DNA from: Phoronis australis
Lineage: Eukaryota; Animalia; Phoronida
Direction of reading: 5' to 3'
DNA: 42,525 nucleotides
Assembly (NCBI GenBank): GCA_002633005.1
Contig: NMRA01000145.1
Span: 1 to 42,525 of the forward strand
The translations under genes were made by a program, and so were the position numbers. Positions within the stretch are counted from its first letter, which is position 1. Each line of letters starts with the position of its first letter. A model generated the notes under the pieces. It saw only the letters and a program-made list of their open reading frames with translations, ran no database searches and had not been told where the DNA came from. This document shows, piece by piece, positions 12,501 to 24,500 of the stretch.

Positions 12501-15500
12501 CATCCACAACATTGCCATGGCTTATGGTGGCCAGGTAATCGGCATGTTTGAAGGCACAGGTAATGGCAAAAAAGTACTAAGAATCCAGGTGTTGACTTTC
12601 AAACACAAAAAACAAACACGTTCTATCTACCAGCAGAATTTAGTTTTGGAGGAAGCAAATATCTTTGTAATCCCTATTGTGCCTAGTTGTTTGTTGGGGC
12701 CCCTTTACTTTCATTGAGAACGGGACCATCGGCCCAACACCTGTAATTAATTCACACTGACTGAAATTTTGGCCTGATTTCGTGACTGTTTCCATATCTG
12801 GTAGATGTTGATTTCTCAAGGTTTTCTAATTGTGCCAATAACCATAATTGTTGTAGCAAGAACTTTGTTTCAGAGATTCTCTCCAGTATAATATGATATA
12901 GAAAGGTTTTGTGTGTCTTGTTGCAAAATGAAAAAGTGTTGCAGTGATAAGTTTTTAGCAACATAGGCACCATGCACAACGGAATCAAATCTTCGCTCCT
13001 TTTTGATTTACTGTTCTGATTTTAGGTTCTGGATCCAACTGGTCCAATTTCTATCTGCCCGTTTCCGTGGACGACAATTTGACATTGCTGCATATCATGC
13101 TGATGTTCATAGTCGACACTTTCCTCTACATATTGATCGCTTGGTACATTGAGGCGGTCTTCCCTGGTGAATATGGGGTTCCACAGAAATGGTACTTCCC
13201 TTTTCTCAAGGCCTACTGGTGTGGTGAATCTGTTGACAGTATGGAGGACACGATGCCATTATTGTTGCAACCCAAATCACATCCAACAGAGTATTTTCAA
13301 AAGGACCCAGTCGGCCTCAAAGTCGGAGTGAAAATTGATGGTCTGCGTAAGGAGTTTGTGACCAACGGAAAGAAGAAAGTTGCAGTAGCTGGAATGAACT
13401 TGAATATGTACGAAGGTCAAATAACGGCTCTGCTAGGTCACAATGGTGCTGGAAAAACTACCACAATGTCGATGTTGACTGGTAAGAGCTTTAGATATCT
13501 TGGCCTTGAGCAAGTCGCCAATTCCTTTCCAGGAGTTTTCCACAAGGAATCTCGACTAAATGTATACTTAATGGGTTTCTGAATGCTCTTTGCGCTTACT
13601 CGGGGAAACATGTGCATTAAGGTTTATTGGCCTTAAAATTTTATTCAGTTTCACACGAAATTGATACGAGAACCTTAACTTTTTAATCATAAGCTTTTTA
13701 TGAACGCACACATACTTATATATGGGATGGTGTATGTTGCCGTGATCTCTGTCTGGGTGTCTGGCATCCACTGCTTTGTGTTGTAAACTCCATGCAAAAT
13801 CAAAATGAGATTTGTCATGTGTTCCTAAGAAGCTGATGACAGAGGATGACAAATTTGAATCTGATCTGACTACTGCTGTATCTACTAGTGTCAGTTTTGT
13901 TTCTTGGGCGGCGAGTTCATCATTGGATTTCATGAAATTCAGCAAATACTGTACGTTTATACTAAGGAGAGATGTCTTTCTGTTTTTGGACAGATTTGAT
14001 GCATTTTGCACCATCCAGCGGCTATTTTTGTGATTTTTATATTCGTTTTTTGACGCCTGGCTCTTAATCTGCCAAACTGCTCAAAGGATTATTATGAATC
14101 TTCAGAGAAAACTGGCCTGGCGTTGATTTTCTTGCAGGTTCAACTGATGGTAGCACCTCCAAATGGCAATTTTTGCATCCTCGGCTGCATCTCCTTAAAT
14201 CAATTGCATTATCGTTGTGGAATTGTGGGAAGTGTTTTCCTATGAATGCGTCTAAGGGGTTAAACAAAGACTTTCCAATGGATCTGACTACCACTGTGCC
14301 CTAGTGGCAATTTTATATTTTTTATTTGCCTCTGTGTCATCAGAGTTCCATGACAGTTTATCATATTTGGCCAATAGGTTTCTAATATGGAGTCTATTGT
14401 GCCTTTCCATTTCGGATGCATTTGATGCCACCTAGTGACCATTTTAATAGTGATACTAATTAACTCCCTTAGAAGCATGCCATTTGCAGTGCAGTTGGGG
14501 TCGCATTTCTATCGTCCAAATGGTTGAATGTTGCACTAGTCTGTTAAATTATGTGCGTAAGTTAATTCTTGTTAGAGGTGTAATTGAAGTAATTATTTGC
14601 GGCGTAAAGTAATGGTGCACTGCAAATACTTTACACCTTTACAACTTAATTTGCGCCTCATGTAATTACTTTATACCTCTGAATATTAATTGCTTTACGC
14701 CTCTTACATGAATTAAGTTACACAGTCATGTAATGTAATGGTGTAACGTTAATCCATTTAGCCAATGATATATTTCAGCGCTCTACGTTGCTCTTGTTTA
14801 TTAAAAACAGTCATTATCACAGTATTACAGTGAAGAGGATGTCCTTTGTAGTTTGCCATTTGTAATTAGTGCCCATTATATTTATACACACTCACTCGAA
14901 CCTTGTATGTATTTGTGAATTTGATTTTTCATACTAGACCATAATAGGCGATACATAATGGCCTGGCCTACTGTCAGAAAACAGTGGTAGATCTCTGGAA
15001 CTAGCACCAGCTGGTACATTGTTGTTCTATTCGAAATTTTTACCCATGGTAACTACATACATCCACTGCGAGTACCATCAAATGCTTGAAACTACTGTTA
15101 TCAGACATTCTTTGTTTATTGTTTATTGTTTATTGTTTATTGTTTTTTTTCACAATGACGCATTATAGCGCTAAAAGCAACTTTATTGTGTCGTTTGATG
15201 TGTTTTGTGTTGCCAAAGCATTGCTAGGTCTATCTGGATTGCCTTTATCCAGAATAACAAATCCATTCAAGGAAGGCTTTTATTCATCCTGAAGTTAAAA
15301 AATAGAAACTGTCGCCAAGACGTCTTGGTAATCGCAGGTTATGTGTTGCTATGGTATGAACATGTGTCATAGTGTTTCAATGTTGACAATATGCTTGTCA
15401 TAGTTTTCAAAATTTTCGTGTTGTGAACTTTCCAAAACACACCTGTGGCCTGTTTCTCGAAGAGTCCTTGGCTGTTAACATTCGGCTAAAAGTTAGGTGA

Positions 15501-18500
15501 CATATGGGTGAGTGTGTTTCACAAAAACGGGCTAAGACTGAAAGTCAAAAATCTGACTAAAACTCCATGTCAGAAAACAGAAATCCGTTGTCTGCTGGAG
15601 TGGACAATTACAAAAGGTTTCAAGAAACGAAAACTCAGTTTTTGGCTATTCATTGGGAGACTTATGACCTTTGGGCTAAAGTCAAAAGACAAAACCAACA
15701 GTCTCCTGGAGAAGCAGGCCTCTGATCTCTTTCCCATGGCTCAGCTGAGGTATATCATTTTCTCTACTAGGCTTCATACCATGCACTAGTGGAACCGCCT
15801 ATGTCAATGGACACTGTATTAACAAGGACATCGCCTCTGTTCGTAAAAGTCTCGGTCTCTGCCCGCAGCATGACATTCTGTTCGATACACTCACCGTGGA
15901 AGAACACCTTTACTTCTTTGCCAAGGTAATGATTTAACATGTGAAGAAAGAAGCGTCTACTGCAAGTGTAGAAACGTGTGCATTCTGTAGACGCAAGGCA
16001 CTCGTGAGAAAAATAGGACGACTGAGCATGGGCTTCACTTGTATTGTTTGGCGATATCTTAGGAAGATTTCAGCGATAATGTGTCTGAAGATGCAGCCCT
16101 GTAGTTATTTTCACAGTTCTAGGGTGCAAAGTTGAAATTGTGACTGCATTAAAATTTAAAGTGTGCTTAGTACATAACTTTTGAATTCTGTTTCCCCATT
16201 GGAGCAGCAACTAGATGCAAGAGCCAGAATGCTCAACAAGCTGTTTCCATGGACGCCAATTTAATGAAACACGAGGTTACCTCTGAGGTTATGTGCTGTG
16301 TGCTCAGTGTCCTTCGTAATGAAGCAAAAATTTCAGTCCCCAGTTAATGTTAACTTAATGCTTAACGGAAGCGCTCAGACAAATTGAACTAAGCAATTTG
16401 ATAAAATGTCATGAGGTTGAATGTGGAGACATCTAGTGGAAGGGTTCTTATTCTGTGGAGGGCAATGGGGGAAATTTTCTGTTGTCCTTTCCCCTGAGTT
16501 TGAGCTAGGTGGTGAAATTTCAGGTGTAAGTGATTGGATCTGCTGCAAAGGTCTAACTTTTTGATTACAGTTCCAAATTTTAAGCCAAAAACCAATCTTT
16601 GATCAATATTGTGTTTTATTAATTAAATTAAATGATCAAGGCGTGATTGTTCTCAGCTAAAAGGTTTTGCCATAGAGTAACCCGGTGAAATTGACCAACC
16701 AAAATCAATCTTCGCTCAATATTCATTCTTTTTGGTTCATTACTTAATACTGAAATGATCAAGATGTGGTTGTTGTTCTTAGCTGAAAGGTTTCGCCAAA
16801 GAGAAAGTACCCGGTGAAATTGACCGACTGCTGCAGGAGGTGGGGTTAACAGAGAAAAGAGGAGCTCTAGCAAAAACGCTCTCTGGTGGCCAGAAGAGGA
16901 AACTGTCTGTGGCTTCTGCACTGATTGGTGACTCTAAGGTGACTTTTTTCAATTCTCTCGTGTATTCTTTACTTCAGAACACCCAAACTACTTAAACATA
17001 AGTACGCCACCTGTTTTCCATATTAAATTCTGAACATGGACATAATTATCTAGGAAGGCCCTGATAATTGAAATGCATCTCTTAAAGATATTTGTCTGAC
17101 ATTGAGGGAAGTTGGTTTTATGGAAATTTGTTATAAACTGATTATTGACCCCTAAAAGGATGAATAAGATAGTCATTCTCAATTTTACTATCTGCTTGTG
17201 AAATTTAGTTAGATAAATAACATATGGACTGGCAAATTATCACCATGCGTCTGATAAAAGTTGGTTTTAAATATCACCAAAATGAGAGAAATTTTGATTT
17301 ATTAGTTTGTTCATCCAGAAAGAGTCGAAAGAAATGGGACCTGTTCATTAGTTTGACTTCTTAATATTGTATTTCCTTCCAGGTGGTTGTTCTCGATGAG
17401 CCATCTAGTGGCATGGATCCATCTGCACGTCGTCACATCTGGGACGTGTTGCAGAAGTTCCGTGAGGGTCGCACACTTCTGCTGTCCACCCACTTCATGG
17501 ACGAGGCTGATGTTCTGGGTGACCGAATTGCTATCATGGCCGGCGGGGTCATCAAGTGCTGCGGCACTTCCCTCTTCCTCAAGAACAAATATGGTAGGTT
17601 TGTTGTGTTCTACCTCGAGTTGTTCTGTGTTTTTTTGAATTGTTTTGTTTAATTTATGTATTAACTCGCATTGCATCACACAGATGCACCAACAGACATG
17701 CACACACATATACAGGCATCAAAGGCACATGCATGCAGTCACTTGCGCCTCCGATTTACATTTTGGTAAGAACGTTACTATGTTGATGTATACTAAGTTT
17801 GAGTTTACATTCTTGGAAGCTTCGTCCTTTTTAATGTGGCCTTTTGTCAAATTACAGGCACATTCATTACTTACAAGCTAAGCCAATCAAACCTTGTCCA
17901 GATTGCCAGGGGTCAAGATCCTCTTGTATCGCTACAGCAGAGGAATATCGAATACCCCTATGTTTTTGTCACACCCCTTCTGGTTATTATCCTGCACCCA
18001 TGTCTGCTACGACACAAGCAGCAGTTAAGTCCACACCATACTGTACATTAAAGTTATCGGACAAAATATCTTTTTCCCGTCATGACTGCAAATTCCGTTA
18101 ACACCTAACAATTACTGGTAATAACTGCTATTACAGCAAAATTCTAATAACAGAATGACTTAGACTCCTTACTAACTTTTCTGTTAATTCCCCTTCATTC
18201 TCAGTCATCAGGGGAGACTACTCTGACGATGAATTCAGCTTCTGCCCAGCCATCATGATGGGGAATTCTGGGTCGTTTTCTCTGAATACTTTTGCCTTTC
18301 ACTGTACAGGCGTCTTTTTGGGAATAATTGCTAAATTTTCTGCTGATTGTATGTGGTATATTTATCCTCATTTGCAGGTGCTGGCTATCACATGGTCATC
18401 GTCAAACTGCCCGAGTGTGACGTGGATGCCATCACAGAGGTGGTCACACGTCACGTGCCTAGCGCCTACACCAAGACCAATGTCAGTGCTGAGCTGACCT

Positions 18501-21500
18501 ACGTTCTACCTCAGGATTGTTCGGCTAAGTTCGAAGATCTGTTCTCAGAACTGGAGGAACGAAGAGAGGAGCTGAGAATAGGAAGTTTTGGTGCTTCGGT
18601 GACAACCATGGAGGAAGTTTTCATGAAGTAAGTGGTATGGGAAAATGAGGATTTTCAAATGGCTATAAATTCTTCTTCTGTCATGCAACCAACTTTTAAT
18701 TTTGAGCATTTAAGTTTTATTGAATTGGTCTCAAATTGTTCCTGTAGTCAAATTGCAGGTCATTTACGGGACAATTCGTAATTGTTTGAGCCTAGGCTCT
18801 GCCAGTCGGCTTGCCATTTTATGCGCTGAGCATGATTTCAAGGGACAATGAACTGTCAGTTGTGTGCAAGCCCAGAAATCACTTCTCATCTGACTAAGGA
18901 GCATGTTGAAACCTGTTGGGTACTGAGCAGTAACTGGTCTAAATCACAAGTTCGCTTCTTGGATGGAATGTGGATAACCGCTAAGTTTGATTTTATGTGT
19001 TGGTTGATTGTTTTTACTCAGTTGTCTTTGTATAACTTGGGTGTGAGTTCTCATCTCTTGTGTCAGGTACTCATAAATTTTCCCAATTGCCCAGGTATTG
19101 TGTTGGTTTGGATTTCAAATGTATGACAACATTCCATTCATTACTTGGAAGACCTTTCTCCCTAGATCAAAAATGGAATTTCTTCGTTGAACTAATTAAT
19201 TAAAGAAATCTAATTGGGATTGATAGGATTGTAGTGAGAACAGAAGATTATTTAGAAGAACCCATTTTACATGGCTGATATATATGATCTTACAGAGTTG
19301 GGGAACAAACAGATGATCCTGAGCAGCAGACTGGTTCGCTCGTCAACGGGGGCGCCAGCAGTCCACGGAGCTACGGCAGCATTGAAACACATGACAAACA
19401 GCTGGGTCAGTTGGTGAAGCCCCTGTCAGGTCTACGTCATTTTCTTCTTTCTGCATGCACTGAATGTATCAGGGTTAAAGGTCATGGTCTCATTGGTTTA
19501 CCAGTTAGTTCATGTGGGCTTTTTCTGAACTGTTTTAGTCTTCTTTGAATGAGTTCCTTGGGGAAAATTTAATCAACTCAATTGACAAAGTACTAAGTAC
19601 CGAGCTTGGCTTCAGAATCATTTGCATTTCAACCTTTAGCAATGAAAGAAACTTAAGAGATATCTATGGTAAAAGCCCCTTTCACTGTATAATTTCGTGG
19701 AATTAACATAGTGTGTGTTTGCATACCTATCTGCGGATGCGATCTGTTCCATTCCATCCCTAGTGTCACCGTGCAAAATTAGGAATGCAAACTTGCGACA
19801 TTTACTTAGAATCTGTCATACATGCCTGACAGGAATGACTAAAGTTTTTAAGATGGCGCTGTACGCGATTTCATCTCCCTCCTGCCAGGAAGTTTCACCC
19901 ATATTCGTAGAGCAATCCTGAGAACCTCTGACATTAATGTGATGCTTCTGGTAATGGTGTCTTTCTGTGAGTAAAGCACTTGATGTGAAAGGGAATGATT
20001 GTCCCTATGTTTCTACTAACACCACTTCCTCTTACTTACCTTATATCATTTTCACCTTGTTTCCATTGCTCTTTATTCAGTAATTTCACTGAAGCCTTAA
20101 GTACCTTGCATTTGTTTGATATGTTTTGTTTCTGCATGCATAAAGAAGTGATGTTTGTTTATGTGCTGATTGTTCTTCAGTTCTTTTGCTTTATCTTTTA
20201 ATCTTGCATTTATTTTTTCGTTGATGCTGATTAGATGACTTATTCTTCTTTTAATTTCAATTTCTTAGAGGTAATTTATCTTTTGTCAGTCAGATTTCTC
20301 ATTACTAGGCTTTATGTATAACTGCTGCTTTTTGCTGCTTTAACTAACTCAGCTGCTGCGCACTAGGTGGCGTAACATCATTTCCTGTCTCTTCAGTGTT
20401 TTGTTTGGTTGTGAAATGACATTATTATTTTTGCTTTTACTGTTAAAGTATTATGATTGTCATTATTACAACTATTTTATGGTATCATGTTTCAGTGTTC
20501 AGCACACCGGTCACCAAGAATACTGGCGTCAGTCTCTATCTTCAGCAGTTCCGTGCCATGTTCATCAAGCGCGTGCTTAATACTTTCCGCAACAAGCTTC
20601 TCACCATCTCCCAGCTGGCAGTGCCACTGTTCTTCACCATAGCTGCACTGATTGTCGTCAAAACATTGCCAACAATCTCTGGTTCAACTCCACTCGACTT
20701 GACTCTGGCCCAGTTTAATGACCCTATCGTTACCTATGCTCACAGTGGCAATGCTGCTATGACGGCAATCGCAAAGTTTTATGCCAATCAGTTTGGTGAT
20801 TACCAAGTTAATCAGACAGCGAATGTTGACGAATTGCTTTTGAAGAAAGCAAAAGAGAGTCTGTCCAACTATAACAATCACTATGTTGTCGCGGCAACGT
20901 TCAACAAGACGAAGGTGAATGGATCAGTAGTGATGGCCCAATTCAACAACCAGCCATATCACGCTGCTCCGGTATCGCTCAGTCTCGTAGATACCAGTCT
21001 CCTGCGCTACTACACGGGCGGTGCATACTCTGTGGAAGTAACCAATCATCCACTGCCCAAGACTACTTCTGACGAAATCAATACTCAGAGCACATTTAGC
21101 ACGGAAGCGTTCACCATTTCATTCAATGTCCTGTTCGGCATGTCATTCCTGGCTAGCTCTTTTGTGCTGTTCATCGTTCGCGAGCGCTCCGTCAAGTCCA
21201 AACACGTGCAGTTTGTCAGTGGTGTGCACGCCTTCAACTTCTGGGCGTCAACCTTCACGTGGGACTTCATCAACTTTCTCGTGCCGACCCTACTACTGAT
21301 GGTCACGTTCGCTGCGTTCCAGATCGAGGCGTACGTAGACGACGGTCGAATTGTGCTCATTTTCCTGCTCTTCCTTCTTTACGGCTGGGCCATGTTGCCG
21401 TTCATGTATCTGCTATCCTTCATTTTCACAGTGCCAGCAACGGGTCTGGTCTGGCTTACTGTGTTCAACATTATAACAGGTGAGTCATGTTGTCATCTTG

Positions 21501-24500
21501 TGGCGGCCATGTTGCATATTGGTCATCCTTTTGCTAATTATTTATTGTATTTCTTTGACTGATTATTTTTGAATTTAGGAAGTATTACACACTGTTTATA
21601 TAACTAATCAGTTTAATGCTTTATTCGATATCTCCGTGTCCTAAATTATCTTTTTATGTGCATGATTATATATAGCCACTCATCTCTGTCCTGGCATCTG
21701 ACCTCTTGCAAAAAATTATGTAGTAAAACGTCTGCTATCATCTAAACTCTTACATTATCTTCATAAAATCCAACGACTAATGAGGGCTTTCACATGTATC
21801 CAAGTGGCAGTCACAAGTTTTTGCATTTGCTTCTTTCTTCATCCACTGGATCATTATGAAATTTGATTGTTGTACACAAGAAGATTTGTGGTGAGGCGAC
21901 CACTGCTTTTATTTTTTTATTGCTGGCAAGCTTTCTCCGTCTCCTAGTTTCAGTTTTAGTCTTAGTGTTTGCCTCAATATCCGCCTATCAGTTTGATGAT
22001 GGACCTTCAGGAAATTTTAATTTTTAGGTAATAATTATCCAGGATAGAGCAGCATCTGCCCATGTTTGTGCAATTTGTACAAGTGGTGACTATTAAAGCT
22101 TTTGTAATTACCTTTGGTGTCTTCTTCTCTGTGTGCCAAATCCCTTGAGCAATCATTATGTCAAATAAGTTTCTACCGAGGTGAGCATAACTTGCTATTG
22201 TTCTCCGCAATAGAAATTCTAAACTTGTCGCAAACTGTAATCCAGTACTTCAGTAGACAGTGAACACCATCTATAACAATCTCTACAATGGGGATATTTA
22301 TCTGGGTTTCAAGTGGGTGCTGTAAAGTGGTATTACTAGAGGCTTGTTATTTATTTTGCTCTGTTAAAATCAATTTATTATCACTTAAAACACGTGGTTT
22401 GCATTTAATTAGTAATTGTTATTTGTTCTTCTGTATTCATTTGTTCTCTGTCTAGTGTGTTATTGTTGCAAAGATTACATTCATTGGGAATTCAAACCTG
22501 TCACAAAGTTGCCAAACTTTTTGTGGCTAAATTCATGAACACATCTAGTCAAAACAGGGTGTGGAGAACACTGCTGGCATCTATTATTGAATGGATCTGA
22601 TTACTGCATTGTCCCATAGATTTCTTTGCAGCAGTCTGTAGCAATGCACCCCATAGAATCATTTTTATTTCTCGAAATGTTTGTCACTGTGGTGTGTGGA
22701 ATAATTGTTAAAAAGTGAGCTCTCTGGTTAACTTCGTCGTTTGTGCTGCATTAAGTGGTCCCATTTCAGAATTGTGTGTTGCTTTTGTAGAATCAGTCTG
22801 TAGACAAAAGCGTTGACGCTTGAAAGACGAGTGCTTTGTAATTAGGATTTGCAACTATTCCATATTCAGTTATTATTACTACTGTCACTGCCATTAATAT
22901 AATTAATATTTCATTCAGTGCATTATGTACTGTTTGTGCAGTAAGTTTTTATCAAATGTCGTACCAACCTTTAGATATTTTTTCAAAAACGCAGTACATT
23001 GTTATCCCTAACATTTGTTTTAACAAATCATTGATGTGCCAAATGTTTGAGTCGCTTGAGGTGATTTCTATTGATTGTAGTTATATGGCAAAACTTTAGT
23101 CGGCCACTTTTAGACTGTTTGGTGAATGTTTTTAGCTTTTTATGCAGTTATGAACATCATTGGGGGTATGGTCGGCATGAAATTTTGCACACTTATTTTA
23201 TGGGCTTCGAGCAATCGAACTGGCTCAGATTTTTATTTTTCTCACACAACAATATATCTGCAGTCATAAAATGCTGTCTTAAGGCGTATTGCTGGCAAAA
23301 TGAATGTGATATCTCCCATGGTTTAGGTTTTGAGATATTCAAGTTCAAAGCAAAAAATTCCAATTTTCCAAGTTAGGATGATGGTCTGTTAAATATACAA
23401 GACAAGATTGTGGGATTTTTAAAGACATGAATTAATGTTTTTCAGTCACTGAGGATTCGGATAATGGTTGGACAGTGAAAAAGTTGTTAATGAAATTAGT
23501 GTGCATGGACTTCACTGAGGTTGGAAATTATCTTAAAATATTTTATATTGTCGACAGGTTCTGTAACTGTGTTGGCCGTTTTAATCCTCGCCATACCTCA
23601 ACTGAACCTTCTCGATGTGGCTAGTGCCCTCAAGTGGACCTTTTTTGTACTTCTACCCAACTTCGGCCTCGGTCAAGGGCTACAAGATTTCTACTCTAAT
23701 TATGAGGCGAACACGCTGTGCTCCGAGATCGACAAGCAGCTACAAGGACAGTTCCCGTACGTGAATCTGTCAACTCTCTGTAGCATGATACCAATCAATA
23801 TTCCTGGCGTTATCTCTTTGACTGAATTTCCATGTTGCGCAGGTAAGTCCTTTAATGTACCCCTTTAGATTATTCCATGTAAATGACACACTATTTCAAC
23901 ACTTGATTTGTGTATTGACTTAAACTGTATTCAGTATTACTGTTTCTGCTATTTTTGTATTAAATTGATAAATCTGTTTTTACAATTCCTACTAGTACCA
24001 GAAGTTCAGAACTACTACTGGAGTTTTCTGCTGATACGCCCATCTTTAGAAACTCTCAGTGGGTATACGTAAGGAAAAATTCCCACGGATTTGTCCAGGG
24101 AGTACATTTGGGAAAAAACTCATGTTTGTTCCATGAAACTGAGGAAGGTTTTATTGGTAATGGACACCAAAACCGGGCACCTGAAATCACAAATAAAATT
24201 CATTTGATTGTGTATAGCTGCATTTGATGTCTTGGTTTGTTTGCAAAAAAATTGCCTAACTGGTGTACTATAAGCCTGAGATTTTCCCTTAAAAGTTTAG
24301 CAAACGGTTAATTTTTACACTATTCTTTAATTATATCGTCTTACTGAGTGAACAACTGAAGTGTGCATTTTGGATTGGTGGCTCAAGTTTCTCTCCATTC
24401 CCTCAGACTCATATTTCCATGGGTCAGAGATATTAAAAACGACAAATTAAGTTTTGGTACGATATTTTAATAAGAAAAATGTCTCAAAATTCTCCAGTTA

